A stretch of 64,000 nucleotides of DNA. It comes from Nitrosopumilus sp. (GTDB lineage: Archaea; Thermoproteota; Nitrososphaeria; Nitrososphaerales; Nitrosopumilaceae). Made by a program: the position numbers and the translations under genes. Numbering within the stretch: the stretch's first letter is position 1; each line of letters starts with the position of its first letter. Shown here one piece after another: positions 10,901 through 20,334 of the stretch. The stretch spans positions 704,001-768,000 of the forward strand of contig OZ245003.1 in NCBI GenBank assembly GCA_965223425.1, read 5' to 3'. Below the pieces are notes generated by a model that saw nothing but the letters and a program-made list of their open reading frames with translations, made no database searches and was not told where the DNA came from.

Positions 10901-13900
10901 TTTTAACAACCTGCACGCATACGGTTTGCCTGCCCCGTGGGACACATCCGGCGCATCCCACGCATACACCACCCCGCTGGCATCCCTGATACCTCCCATT
11001 CCAGTCAACAGCACCGTCACGGTGAACCCCGAAACTTACATGGCGGGCCTAACCTTCTCTGATGACGGCACCAGGCTGTTTGCCACAGACGCGCTGGACG
11101 GCTCTGTCATCCACGAGTTTGCGTTCTCCTCCCCGTGGAACGCCTCTGCTGAATCCTTTTCCTCGTACACTGCCCACTCTTTACCCCTGTCCGGCATCGG
11201 GCCCAACACGGATCTGCGCGGCATTGCCTTCTCGCCGGACGGTACCACCATGTACATCGCAAGTGACCGCAACGACCAGATACACGAGTTCTCCCTTACT
11301 GATGCGTGGAACGCCTCCTCTGCCTTCCTGACGCACAGCGTCTCTGCGCAGGGCCCCCGGGCAGACGCTGCAGATGTCACTGCAGGCATCGCCTTCTCTG
11401 CTGACGGCTCCCGCATGTTCGTGGCAGTGCCTGATAAAAACCTCATAAACGAGTTTGCGCTTTCAGAGGCCTGGAACATCTCAAGTGCCGCACACGCGGG
11501 ATCATTCAGCCCAGGGCCGTCCGTATTCAGCGTCCTCCCCCCCGGTTCCCTGTCCTTTGTTGACGTGGAACTGCCGTTTGAGCCCTCAGATGTGGCCTTC
11601 TCCGCTGACGGCACCAGCATGTTCGTGCTAGATGAGAGCGCAGGCGATGACTTTCCTGATTCGGTATCCGGCCTGACGCCCGCAGTAAAAGGGTACGCTC
11701 TGGCGCCCCCTGCCAAACCCTTTGATCCCGGGGCCCTCCCAAACCAGCTCGGGTCATTTGGGCTGCGTGAGGTCCAAAACACCCTGCCTGTGGCAAGGGC
11801 AGGCCCTGACGTCTTTGCATATACGAACACGGCAGTGTCCCTTGACGGCACCGGCTCGTATGACGCAAACGGCGACACCCTGGCATACCTGTGGGAGCAG
11901 ACTGGAGGCCCGGGGAACGTGGCACTGGATGATCACACCCTGCAAAAACCGGCGTTCATAGCACCTGCAGTGGCAGACTCGGGGCCCCCCATCGTCCTGG
12001 AGTTCACGCTGACGGTAAGTGACGAAACAGGCAACGCAGACCGTGACACGGTGGCAGTAACGGTGCTTGCAGGCGTGGGTACGCCTGCTATAGTGTCTGC
12101 CAGCGTGGTCAGTGCGACGCAGTTTGAAATAGTGTATAACAAGGCAGTACACGGAAACAGCACCGATTACACCAACCTTGTAATTGACGGCAGGGGGCAG
12201 ACAGTCGGTGTGGTGGCCGGCACCGGGACTGCAACTCACACCGTCTCATATTCCCCCTCTGATACAACGGCAACAACAACAGCAACAACAACGACTGATG
12301 CGACAGGCACCGTGGATATCGGCGATGGAATCACCGATGCCCACGTGCCTGACATCTCGCTGGTTCCAGTTGTCGGCCAAACGCTGTCTGACGGCGTTGC
12401 CCCTACGCTGGTCTCTGCCAGGACGGGTCCTGCCTCAAACCAGATAGACGTCACCTTCTCCGAGGCTGTCCGCAGCGGCGCCTCTGATGACTTTGTCGGC
12501 TGGAGTGTATCGCTGGGAGACAACAATGACAACTACAACACAGTCATTACAGTCACCGGCCTTGACGGTACCGGCAGCACTGCAACCCTGACGCTGCAAA
12601 AACCGGTCATGCCCAGTGACGCAACGCCTGACGTAACGTACGATGCCGCTGCGGGGAGCGTCTCAGATGCGGCAGGCAACGCGTTAGCTACTGCAACTGT
12701 CACCGCTACTGCGGGACATCCTGCAGGTCTTCACATCCACCTGATCGGCGATGCCTTCCTATACCACCCGTACGGGGAACCGTACACCGACAAGGGCGTC
12801 CTGTGCCATGACGCAGACGGAAACGACATAACTGACACCGGCGACTATGAAACCCTGCCGTACCTGCGGCAGCTAAACCAGACCGTAGATGGTGAGAGGC
12901 TAGGCGTAGATGTCAACCTTCATGAAAATACCGTTCTTAATTTTACCCACCAATCCCAAAACGAGTACCGCCCATTTGATCCGCAGGAGGTAATATACAG
13001 GTGTGTCACCCCGCTTGGATCCGTAGAGGAGGGCAGGACCGTAGCCCTGCGTGATGAAACCCCTCCTGAAATCCGACTAAACGGGTCCCGCAACGTGGAT
13101 CTGGAGATAGGCGAGATATTTAATGAGACTGCCACATGTACTGACGCTCCTCTCAAATCCCAGATGGAACGTCTAACCGGTGCCTTTTATCTGACTTTTA
13201 CCATCTCTTCCCTCCCTGACGGGTACCAAAACACCGCAGGAGAGCACACGATAAGCTACACATGTTCGGACTCTAAAGGCAACGACGCAGAAACCAGCAG
13301 AACGCTTCATGTAGGCACGCCTGACAACACGCCACCCGTGCTTGCAGTAAACCCCGGCATAGTGACCACCCTGGCAAACGGCACGCATGTCGTACGGCAG
13401 GATGTCGGCTTTGCAGCAGCAGATGACGGCGGCCTGCAGTCCGCAGTATCCTGCACGGACAACAGGGATGATACCCCTGCAATTACCCTTGATCCTGCCA
13501 CGGTGGACACCTCGTCTGCTGGCACCCACGCCGTAACGTACTCCTGCACGGATGCTGCCGGCAAACAAGCTGATACCGTCACAGTCACCTGGGATTTCGG
13601 TCCTGCAGCCCCCGTGCTTGCAGTAACGCCCGCAGACACCGCAGTCACGCTTGCAATCAACGCATCATACGGCATCCCCGCAGCATCCTGCACAGACCAC
13701 AAAGACGGCGACATCACCAACACCGGGATTCTAACTGCCATCTCGTCTGGAGGCCAGCCAGTCGACGAAATAGACACCTCCTCTGCAGGCACATACGATA
13801 TAACGTACTCCTGCTCAGACTCTACCGGCAACACAGTAGAGCACAACGTGACAGTCACAATCCGGGCTGCCACAACTGACAACACGCCGCCTACCATAGT

Positions 13901-16900
13901 GCTAAAGTCGCCGCCCCTGACACTGTTTGTTCCGGCCGGAGCCGCCTTTGCAGATGCCGATCCCGGCGCCTTCTGCATTGATGGCCAGGACGGACGCACA
14001 GACGAGGGAATCGACGTGGATGCCACCGCACTTGACACGGCCGTTCTTGGCAACCACACCGTGACGTACTCCTGCACGGATTCTGGCGGCCTCCGGTCTG
14101 ACACCATATCAAGGCCAGTCAGCGTGTACGGATTCACCGTAAACGGGAACATCGCCGACTTTGCAACTGACATCACCACCTCTGATGTCTACGAGCCATA
14201 CGCAATCCTAGACATTACGAATATCAAGAATGCGTCACCCAGCAAAAAGTATTACGATACAGACGGGCAAGACACCGCCCGCTTTAACGGAACAACGCTC
14301 CAGGCGGGAACCTGGAGCGTGACGTATGCCGTCTCTGGCCGCGACGACGTGTCAAATCCGATCAACTTTGAAATCGAGGAAACCATAACCGTGGCTACTG
14401 CGACTGCACCGCCGGATGACAACGTCACCCCGACTGCGATAATCAGAGCGCCTGACACCGCAGACGAGGGAGCAACAGTAACCCTTGACGGGACCGGCTC
14501 GACAGACACTGACGGCACCATATCATCATACGCATGGACCACCAACGACACGTCCATCACAATAACAAACCCCTCTCAGGCAACGGCATCATTTACGGCC
14601 CCCTCGGTCGAAAAAGACACTTCTCTGGTCATCACGCTGAAGGTAACTGACAACGACGACGGCACAGATTCTGCACAACACACCATGACCATAACCAACG
14701 TAAGCCGGCCACCGGGTGACACCACATCACCACCGGCCAACAACCCTCCTGTCATCTCGCATACGGTGGACACCGACCAAATCTCTACTACCAGAATCAC
14801 GCTGGATCGCAATACCGGATTTGAGCTTGATGAGCTGGGCGTAACATGCTCTGACCCGGACGGTGACACCGTCCAACTCACGCATGAGGCAAGTCCGGCG
14901 TATGATAAAGACACAGAAGGCAGGTACTCCATCTTCTACACTTGCACCGATTCACGCGACCTTTCTACACACTTCCAGGTTGTCCTGCACCTTTCTGCAC
15001 CTGACAACACGCCACCCACAATCTCACTTGTCGGCGACTCTGAGCATACAGTCGACAAGGGCGCTTCTTACGATGATCCCGGAGCCGAGTGCGCCGACTT
15101 GCGGGATGACTCCCCCGAACTGGTGACATCCGGCTCAGTTGACACCTCCGAACCGGACACCTACGAGATAGAGTACACGTGCAAGGACGCCGCAGGCAAC
15201 GAGTCAGATACTGTTACCCGGACAGTCACCGTATTGCCTGACACCACGCCTCCAACCTTTACGGTAAACGGTAACGCAACCGACTTTGCTACATCCCTGG
15301 CAGAAGGCCAGACCTACAGGAACGGCAAGATAGAAAACATCACCGAGACTGGTAGCCCTCCGACCAGCACGGAGATAAGGTATTACAGCGGCGCCGGCGA
15401 TGCTGCTGTCACCACTGACGAAAACAAGATCAACTCCATTAACAATACCATGCCTGCCATCGGAAGCTACACCATACAGTATACAGTCTCTGACTCGGCC
15501 GTTTCACCAAACACACACACAATCACAGAGACACTCACCGTGCGCGCACCTGCCACGGTAACCATAGGCGCAATCGTCTCGACTACCGGCTCCATCTCGT
15601 CACTTGGCATACCTGCAAATGACACCATACACCTGGCAGTAAATGACTTTAACAGGGAATACCTTGCGTCAAACGAGGCCGCATGGAGGCTTGCAGTGTC
15701 TGAGCATGATGATAGGTCTACTTCTGAGGGCGCAATTGCAGCACTGGAACTGCTTGCAGGCAGCAACATAACCTCCATTGTGGGGCCCCTCACAAGTGAT
15801 GCGCTGTCTGCAGTAAAGGGCCACGCCCTGTTTGACAATCCGTCAAGGCTTGCCATAAGCTACGCATCCACTGCGCCCACGGTGGATCTCAAACAGAAAG
15901 ACGACCGCGTCTTTAGGACCGTCCCTGATGATTCCAATATCGTCAGTGTATACGTCAGCCTCTTTGAGGCAGACTCTGTGGATTACGTGATTCCGGTGTT
16001 CCGCAACGACACGTGGGGGATAGCACTGAACCGGACCCTTGCAGATGAAATTGATGATCATAACAACAATAATAACAACAACAACGAAATAACCGTACAC
16101 GGCGGAATACTGTACGACCCTGACACTGTGTCACTTTCTGCCAACACAACGCTTGCCTTGCTAAATGACACGCTAAGTCAGGATTCCGTCAGTGAAAAGA
16201 CCCCCGCAGTGGTGGTGTTCGGATTTAACGAGACCCTTGACATACTCGACGAGGCTGCAGCCACTGCAAACCTGCCTGCAGCAAAGTGGTACGGCAGCGA
16301 CGCCGTGGCGCCATCAAAGCTGCTTGAGGGTGATGCCCCACGGGACGAGAATCGCAAGGCATTCCTTGAGCGCACCGACTATAACGTGCTCACCCTTGCA
16401 ATAGACCAAAACGAGGCAAACAAAAGGATAGACCGCTCCGTGGACAACGCTGACGTATACTCTTATGCGGCATACGATGCAGTATACATACTCGGCACTG
16501 CCATACACCTCAACGGCGGCTCTGCAGGTAATACAGTCAACGAGGGCCTGATTGGCAACATCACGCAAGTGGCAGACAACACAAACGGGCACTACACAGA
16601 CCCTGCCATGGGCAACACCGAGCTCAACGAGTACGGCGACCTGCTGCAGGCTGACTACTTTGTCCTCTCCCTTGATGCAGGCAGCGGGACCTCCTTTGAG
16701 CCAGAATTCAGGTATTATCACTCATCAGGCACCCTTGAGAGCCTTGTCTCCTCTGGTGGCGGTGGTGGCAGCAGCGGAGACGTCTCTGCCCCCTCAATCC
16801 GCACGGGCTTTGATGCGGGCCAGTACCCACTGGTATATGACGGGGTAAAGTACGGCCCTGACACGATTGACTCTCCCCACACTGCCACGATACGCGCAGG

Positions 16901-17699
16901 CAGCGGCGAGAGGCTTCTCAGCACCCTCACAGTATACGAGAACGGCGGGGCGCAAAACGTGCGGCACGTCGACATGTTTGTCGCACACAACGGCAGGACA
17001 ATACACAACGACGGCACGGAAACCCACGTGACCTACGATTCGGGCAACGTCCGGATAACTGATCCGCACGGCCTGATTGCCAGTGCCACCGTGGATGCGT
17101 CTGCCATTGATGCCACAAAGGCGCAGTTTGAGTTTGCCATAACCTTTGCCAAGAAGGTTCCGCTCTCTGACGTGCTGTACCGCCTGTGGGACACCAGCAG
17201 AAACGCGCTTTACATCCACCTTGAGGACGCCCTTGTGGTGTCTGAGGGAAGGAAAGGCGGCAGCAGCAGCGGAGGCGGCAGCAGCAGCGGTAGCAGCAGC
17301 AGCAGCGGAGGCGGAGGCGGCGGCGGCAGTAGCAGCAGCAGTACTGCCACCCCAGCCACTGGCAGCGGCAACGGCACAACCACAACCACAACCGCCACCG
17401 CTGGCAACGGCACCGCAGCTGACACTGCAGACAAGCAGCAACCACAACAACAACAACCCCGACAGGGCTTTACCGCAGAACAGCTTGACACCCTAAAGCA
17501 GTGGGGCGGATTTGCGTCCCAGTCCGCATCTGACTCGCAGCTTTTAGCCCAGTTCGGAATAGAGGGCACCAGCATCCCCCCATACTTTAAGCAGACAGCA
17601 AAGTGGTTCCTCGATGCAGATGACGGCGGTGACGGCCTGACTGCGCAGGAGTTTGTCGCAGCGCTGTCGTACCTCGGGCAGCGCGGGCTGCTAAACTAG
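7986..17699 (+). CDS. Giant modular cell-surface protein 1 (signal peptide, 7 LVIVD-like repeats, DUF5011/Ig-like repeats, beta-propeller, PKD, LivJ/ANF-receptor-like binding domain, thaumarchaeal C-terminal motif)
   Basis: 3237-aa open frame; hydrophobic N-terminus; GVQIIDITDPANP repeats; AFSxDG repeats; C-terminal IPPYFKQTAKWF...EFVAALSYL. Confidence 0.9.
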   Translation: MRRLIKPPLLATAAAATALVLLIPLCIPFAEATIDSPVPVASITDDQRHSTGKIFDELQFANDITTVKIGTSTYALVAADRDDGVQIIDITNPADPFPTASFGDGDTVTVDGVTGTFHELDDAQDITTVTIGTSIYALVTAKSNGGVQIIDITDPANPFPTASFGDGDRVTVDGVTGTFHELRSARGITTVTIDTSTYALVTATTDRGVQIVNITDPANPFPTASFDEGDTVTVDGVVRTFDNLREGYDITTATIGASTYALVAASYVHGIQIIDITDPANPFPTASFNDEELVTVDGVNGTFDKLKRPRDITTVTIDTSIYALVAAWSDNGVQIVNITDPANPFPTASFGDGDRVPVGNANRTYDELDRPLGITTVKIGTSIYALVASERDDGVQIIDITDPANPFPTSSFGDGDRVPIAGATRIFNELNGAQDITTVTIDNSTYALVVSRDDSGVQIVDISASSVAGQTTPVIKLFGVNPHLMELGGANYTESGATCNDADGTDLTSNVTINSGSVSRFAVGEYDVTYDCAADDSGSDSSRADTVIRKVAVRDTIKPAFVVDEHDADYTTTINMSGTYVAGTILNVTDRDETTESIGSADAVDTNIPGTYYVTYTVTDASGNSRTITETVIIFDTRPPVIELNGDNPHFVEWGSGYDEPGAVCTDGAGDDTLSPENLVINFTAPVDASAVGDYQVNYYCTDPDSNIHADPPVVRVVTVRDTVSPVIVDAALLGAGTIVLTYSEPVDVKSDATDGSGFGLSDGTVHFNSDPAGAANKITLGISGRNGSTADPPDITYDSESGGSVEDTNGNAAHTGTFDGTIDMAPPIPKSAHTSNSTAIHIGLSEAVADAGVAPGDFALSVAPAAVTPVNATVHAGDGDNLHAAPHVTSVSVDGSRITLLLNGALHGNQDVKVSYQKGGSIGTGTGSGGTINDLSGGTTLAGSVPIGQQADFPVAMTLSKDGTTIFVLDFFNNLHAYGLPAPWDTSGASHAYTTPLASLIPPIPVNSTVTVNPETYMAGLTFSDDGTRLFATDALDGSVIHEFAFSSPWNASAESFSSYTAHSLPLSGIGPNTDLRGIAFSPDGTTMYIASDRNDQIHEFSLTDAWNASSAFLTHSVSAQGPRADAADVTAGIAFSADGSRMFVAVPDKNLINEFALSEAWNISSAAHAGSFSPGPSVFSVLPPGSLSFVDVELPFEPSDVAFSADGTSMFVLDESAGDDFPDSVSGLTPAVKGYALAPPAKPFDPGALPNQLGSFGLREVQNTLPVARAGPDVFAYTNTAVSLDGTGSYDANGDTLAYLWEQTGGPGNVALDDHTLQKPAFIAPAVADSGPPIVLEFTLTVSDETGNADRDTVAVTVLAGVGTPAIVSASVVSATQFEIVYNKAVHGNSTDYTNLVIDGRGQTVGVVAGTGTATHTVSYSPSDTTATTTATTTTDATGTVDIGDGITDAHVPDISLVPVVGQTLSDGVAPTLVSARTGPASNQIDVTFSEAVRSGASDDFVGWSVSLGDNNDNYNTVITVTGLDGTGSTATLTLQKPVMPSDATPDVTYDAAAGSVSDAAGNALATATVTATAGHPAGLHIHLIGDAFLYHPYGEPYTDKGVLCHDADGNDITDTGDYETLPYLRQLNQTVDGERLGVDVNLHENTVLNFTHQSQNEYRPFDPQEVIYRCVTPLGSVEEGRTVALRDETPPEIRLNGSRNVDLEIGEIFNETATCTDAPLKSQMERLTGAFYLTFTISSLPDGYQNTAGEHTISYTCSDSKGNDAETSRTLHVGTPDNTPPVLAVNPGIVTTLANGTHVVRQDVGFAAADDGGLQSAVSCTDNRDDTPAITLDPATVDTSSAGTHAVTYSCTDAAGKQADTVTVTWDFGPAAPVLAVTPADTAVTLAINASYGIPAASCTDHKDGDITNTGILTAISSGGQPVDEIDTSSAGTYDITYSCSDSTGNTVEHNVTVTIRAATTDNTPPTIVLKSPPLTLFVPAGAAFADADPGAFCIDGQDGRTDEGIDVDATALDTAVLGNHTVTYSCTDSGGLRSDTISRPVSVYGFTVNGNIADFATDITTSDVYEPYAILDITNIKNASPSKKYYDTDGQDTARFNGTTLQAGTWSVTYAVSGRDDVSNPINFEIEETITVATATAPPDDNVTPTAIIRAPDTADEGATVTLDGTGSTDTDGTISSYAWTTNDTSITITNPSQATASFTAPSVEKDTSLVITLKVTDNDDGTDSAQHTMTITNVSRPPGDTTSPPANNPPVISHTVDTDQISTTRITLDRNTGFELDELGVTCSDPDGDTVQLTHEASPAYDKDTEGRYSIFYTCTDSRDLSTHFQVVLHLSAPDNTPPTISLVGDSEHTVDKGASYDDPGAECADLRDDSPELVTSGSVDTSEPDTYEIEYTCKDAAGNESDTVTRTVTVLPDTTPPTFTVNGNATDFATSLAEGQTYRNGKIENITETGSPPTSTEIRYYSGAGDAAVTTDENKINSINNTMPAIGSYTIQYTVSDSAVSPNTHTITETLTVRAPATVTIGAIVSTTGSISSLGIPANDTIHLAVNDFNREYLASNEAAWRLAVSEHDDRSTSEGAIAALELLAGSNITSIVGPLTSDALSAVKGHALFDNPSRLAISYASTAPTVDLKQKDDRVFRTVPDDSNIVSVYVSLFEADSVDYVIPVFRNDTWGIALNRTLADEIDDHNNNNNNNNEITVHGGILYDPDTVSLSANTTLALLNDTLSQDSVSEKTPAVVVFGFNETLDILDEAAATANLPAAKWYGSDAVAPSKLLEGDAPRDENRKAFLERTDYNVLTLAIDQNEANKRIDRSVDNADVYSYAAYDAVYILGTAIHLNGGSAGNTVNEGLIGNITQVADNTNGHYTDPAMGNTELNEYGDLLQADYFVLSLDAGSGTSFEPEFRYYHSSGTLESLVSSGGGGGSSGDVSAPSIRTGFDAGQYPLVYDGVKYGPDTIDSPHTATIRAGSGERLLSTLTVYENGGAQNVRHVDMFVAHNGRTIHNDGTETHVTYDSGNVRITDPHGLIASATVDASAIDATKAQFEFAITFAKKVPLSDVLYRLWDTSRNALYIHLEDALVVSEGRKGGSSSGGGSSSGSSSSSGGGGGGGSSSSSTATPATGSGNGTTTTTTATAGNGTAADTADKQQPQQQQPRQGFTAEQLDTLKQWGGFASQSASDSQLLAQFGIEGTSIPPYFKQTAKWFLDADDGGDGLTAQEFVAALSYLGQRGLLN
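8091..9375 (+). repeat. Seven ~186-bp intragenic repeats (LVIVD-like propeller blades)
   Basis: ggcgtccagata recurs at 8235, 8421, 8607 and onward (186-bp period). Confidence 0.9.
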
Positions 17700-17936
17700 G
17701 GACGCCAATAATAACGACACCATTCAATCAAAGACAGAACGGCCAGCTGCACGGCTAACTGCCAGGTGAGATTGGAGAATTTTCAACGTATCCGGATCCT
17801 GCAATTGCGGCCAGGGCTTGGTGTTATAGCTTTTGCAGTCGGTCATGACAGTATTGCTGTCTTCAATGTGCCTGGAGGCGATGACACATCTCAAATGAGA
17901 ATGATTCGGGAACCCTCTTGCCATATCCTGAATTTA

Positions 17937-18221
17937 ATGCCAAAGAAACAAGCCGTCCTCCCATCTGACACCGTAACCCACGAGCTGGTGCGGACATACA
18001 AGACAAGCGACGTGCGGGCTGACCAGTTCGGCTACACCTGGACGAAAAACTCGTACGGCATGTGGCACTACCTTGAGGGTCTTGTGCCCCACACCGGCAC
18101 TGCCTGCACTGACGTCAACAACAGGCTGTGCGACGCGTTTGCCGAAAAGATGGCAGGGCACACGGCGCTCATGGAGCAGCTGCGCGATGCGGAGTACGGC
18201 GACATATACCCGACGCAATAG
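17937..18221 (+). pseudogene. Orphan GC-rich fragment resembling the C-terminal domain of another surface protein
   Basis: 94-aa frame (DQFGYTWTKNSYGMWHY...CTDVNNRLCDAF...DAEYGDIY) with codon style like the giant genes; no signal peptide. Confidence 0.45.
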
Positions 18222-18308
18222 CCGTCCGGTGCTGCCGGCTCTGTGACGCAGTTTCTCAGTGCTGTGTTGCACAACCAAACAATTATTCAGTCTACACTAG
18301 ACAATGAT

Positions 18309-18563
18309 TCATTGTTCATCAAACACCTGCAAACAAATATACAGCAACGCCTTGATTTCCAGTTTCTTTACCGTGCTTTCAGGATACACAAATGACTTTC
18401 CTTCCTTTCTGCCATTCATTGATTCTAGCTCTTCTTGCCACGAGTCAATGACATCCCATGACATGATCAGCTCGCCTCGGATTACAGGGAAGCGACTGAT
18501 TGTTTTCCAGTTTCTAACCATGAGAAATGAAATAATTCTCTCATCTGTTGCTTGTTGGTGCAA
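18309..18563 (-). pseudogene. IS5-family transposase N-terminal remnant
   Basis: RGELIMSWDVIDSWQEELESMNGRKEGKSFVYPES resembles archaeal IS5 transposase N-termini; truncated. Confidence 0.65.
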
Positions 18564-18644
18564 AAAATTGGATCAGATGGCTGTTATGAAACACAGCAAC
18601 TATGACAACAAACTGGTAAAATAAAACCAACAAAAAATCCTAAC

Positions 18645-18751
18645 ACATAGACAAATAAAAAGATGGTGAACCACTCCATTGCACCATATGCATAAGTTAT
18701 TGGTGTGTTGCCCAAAACATAGACAAATAAAAAGATGGTGAACCACTCCAT
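18645..18751. repeat. Two identical 35-bp direct repeats separated by 37 bp
   Basis: acatagacaaataaaaagatggtgaaccactccat at 18645-18679 and 18717-18751. Confidence 0.9.
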
Positions 18752-18967
18752 CTTGTCAATTCCCTGATGGCCATGATCCCAATCTGCATTTTATCAGAAT
18801 GTTTGACAACTTCTTCAGTGCCATCTTGGAAGACTGAGTCTAACAGTTCATAGAATGGAGTAATTATGAAGTTTGATTCTTTTTTATCTTGACAATGGCA
18901 TTGCCTAACTGTTTTTATTGACGTGTTATTTACAGATAAATACCGATCTGTCATAACTTCTTTAGAA

Positions 18968-19654
18968 ATGGCCGATGTTACAGTGGTAAGATATTCCTTT
19001 GAAGGCGAAAAATTTGAACTTTTGGTAAAGCCTGACCCCGCACTGGATTACAAGCTGGGAAAGAAAAAGGAGATTTCGTCAGTTTTGGTTTCAGAAGACA
19101 TTTACACTGATTCAGGAAAAGGCACAAAGCCTCCAACTGAAAAATTACTCAAAGCCTTCAAAACTGAAGACCTAACTGAGATTGCTCAGATAATTATGCA
19201 AAAAGGTGATCTGAATCTTACAACTGATCAAAGACGAAAAATGATTGATGACAAGAAAAAACAGATTGTAGGGTTCATTGCAAAGACATACGTAGATCCT
19301 AAAACCCACTTGCCCCATCCTCTGCTAAGGGTTGAGCAAGCTATGAAAGATGCGCGGGTTTCAGTAGAACCTCAGAAAGGTGTAGAGGAGCAAGTAAAAG
19401 ATATCGTTGAAAAATTGCGTTCAATAATTGCTTTAAAGTCTGAGAACCTGCAACTGGAAATTGTTGTTCCTGCACAATTTGCATCCCAATCATACTCTGT
19501 TCTCAAATCAGTAGGATTCCTAAAAAAAGAAGAATGGCAAAATAATGGTTCCCTAAAAGCAATACTTGAAATACCTGCTGCGGCAAGGCCAAACGTGATA
19601 GACAGATTAGGCTCTATAACCAAAGGCTCTGCTACAGTTGAGGTAATGCAGTAA
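18968..19654 (+). CDS. Ribosome maturation factor SBDS/Sdo1
   Basis: GEKFELLVKPD, LTTDQRRKM and DPKTHLPHP; ATG at 18968; heads the exosome operon. Confidence 0.93.
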   Translation: MADVTVVRYSFEGEKFELLVKPDPALDYKLGKKKEISSVLVSEDIYTDSGKGTKPPTEKLLKAFKTEDLTEIAQIIMQKGDLNLTTDQRRKMIDDKKKQIVGFIAKTYVDPKTHLPHPLLRVEQAMKDARVSVEPQKGVEEQVKDIVEKLRSIIALKSENLQLEIVVPAQFASQSYSVLKSVGFLKKEEWQNNGSLKAILEIPAAARPNVIDRLGSITKGSATVEVMQ

Positions 19655-20334
19655 TGGAAAACAAGCGAAAATACGTTATTCCCGGTGACTTGGTAACTTC
19701 AGAACCCTTTAGACCTGAACAAAATGTAATACTTGATGGAAACAAGATAATCTCCACAACTGTAGGAATTTCTGAAATTTACGATGACTCTGTTCGCGTC
19801 ATCCCATTAACTGGAAAGTACATTCCAAAAATCAACGATCTTGTAATTGGCAAGGTCATCTCCCATACTTCCCTGTCATGGGAATTAGATATCAATTCGT
19901 GCTATGTTGGATTCCTACCCGCACAAGATGTCTTTGGACGAGACTTTTCTGCCCATGCTGATGAGCTTACTTCAAAACTAAAATCAGGAGATCTTGTTGC
20001 TGCAAGAATTGCTAATTTTGATAGAACAAGGGATCCGCTTGTAACAATATCTGATAGAGACTTGGGGAAAATTGACTCTGGAGCACTAGTTATAATCTCT
20101 CCAAGCAAGGTTCCGCGCCTAATTGGAAAGAGAGGCACAATGATTCAGGCAATTGAGATGGCAACAAATGCCGCAATTACCATTGGACAAAACGGCTGGA
20201 TAGTAGTTTCATGCGAGTCTCCCGAGGGATTATTAAAGGCCAAAAAAGCAATTCAGATTGTCGATGAGAAAGCACACATTGCAAATTTGACTGATCAAGT
20301 GAAAGAAATGTTAGAATCAAAAGGTGAATCATAA
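19654..20334 (+). CDS. rrp4: Exosome complex RNA-binding protein Rrp4
   Basis: YIPKINDLVIG (S1 domain) and KVPRLIGKRG (KH domain). Confidence 0.93.
   Translation: MENKRKYVIPGDLVTSEPFRPEQNVILDGNKIISTTVGISEIYDDSVRVIPLTGKYIPKINDLVIGKVISHTSLSWELDINSCYVGFLPAQDVFGRDFSAHADELTSKLKSGDLVAARIANFDRTRDPLVTISDRDLGKIDSGALVIISPSKVPRLIGKRGTMIQAIEMATNAAITIGQNGWIVVSCESPEGLLKAKKAIQIVDEKAHIANLTDQVKEMLESKGES

Noticed and set aside
18645-18751. Bona fide CRISPR array
   Set aside because: Only two repeats, no leader or cas genes; kept as a low-interest finding only.
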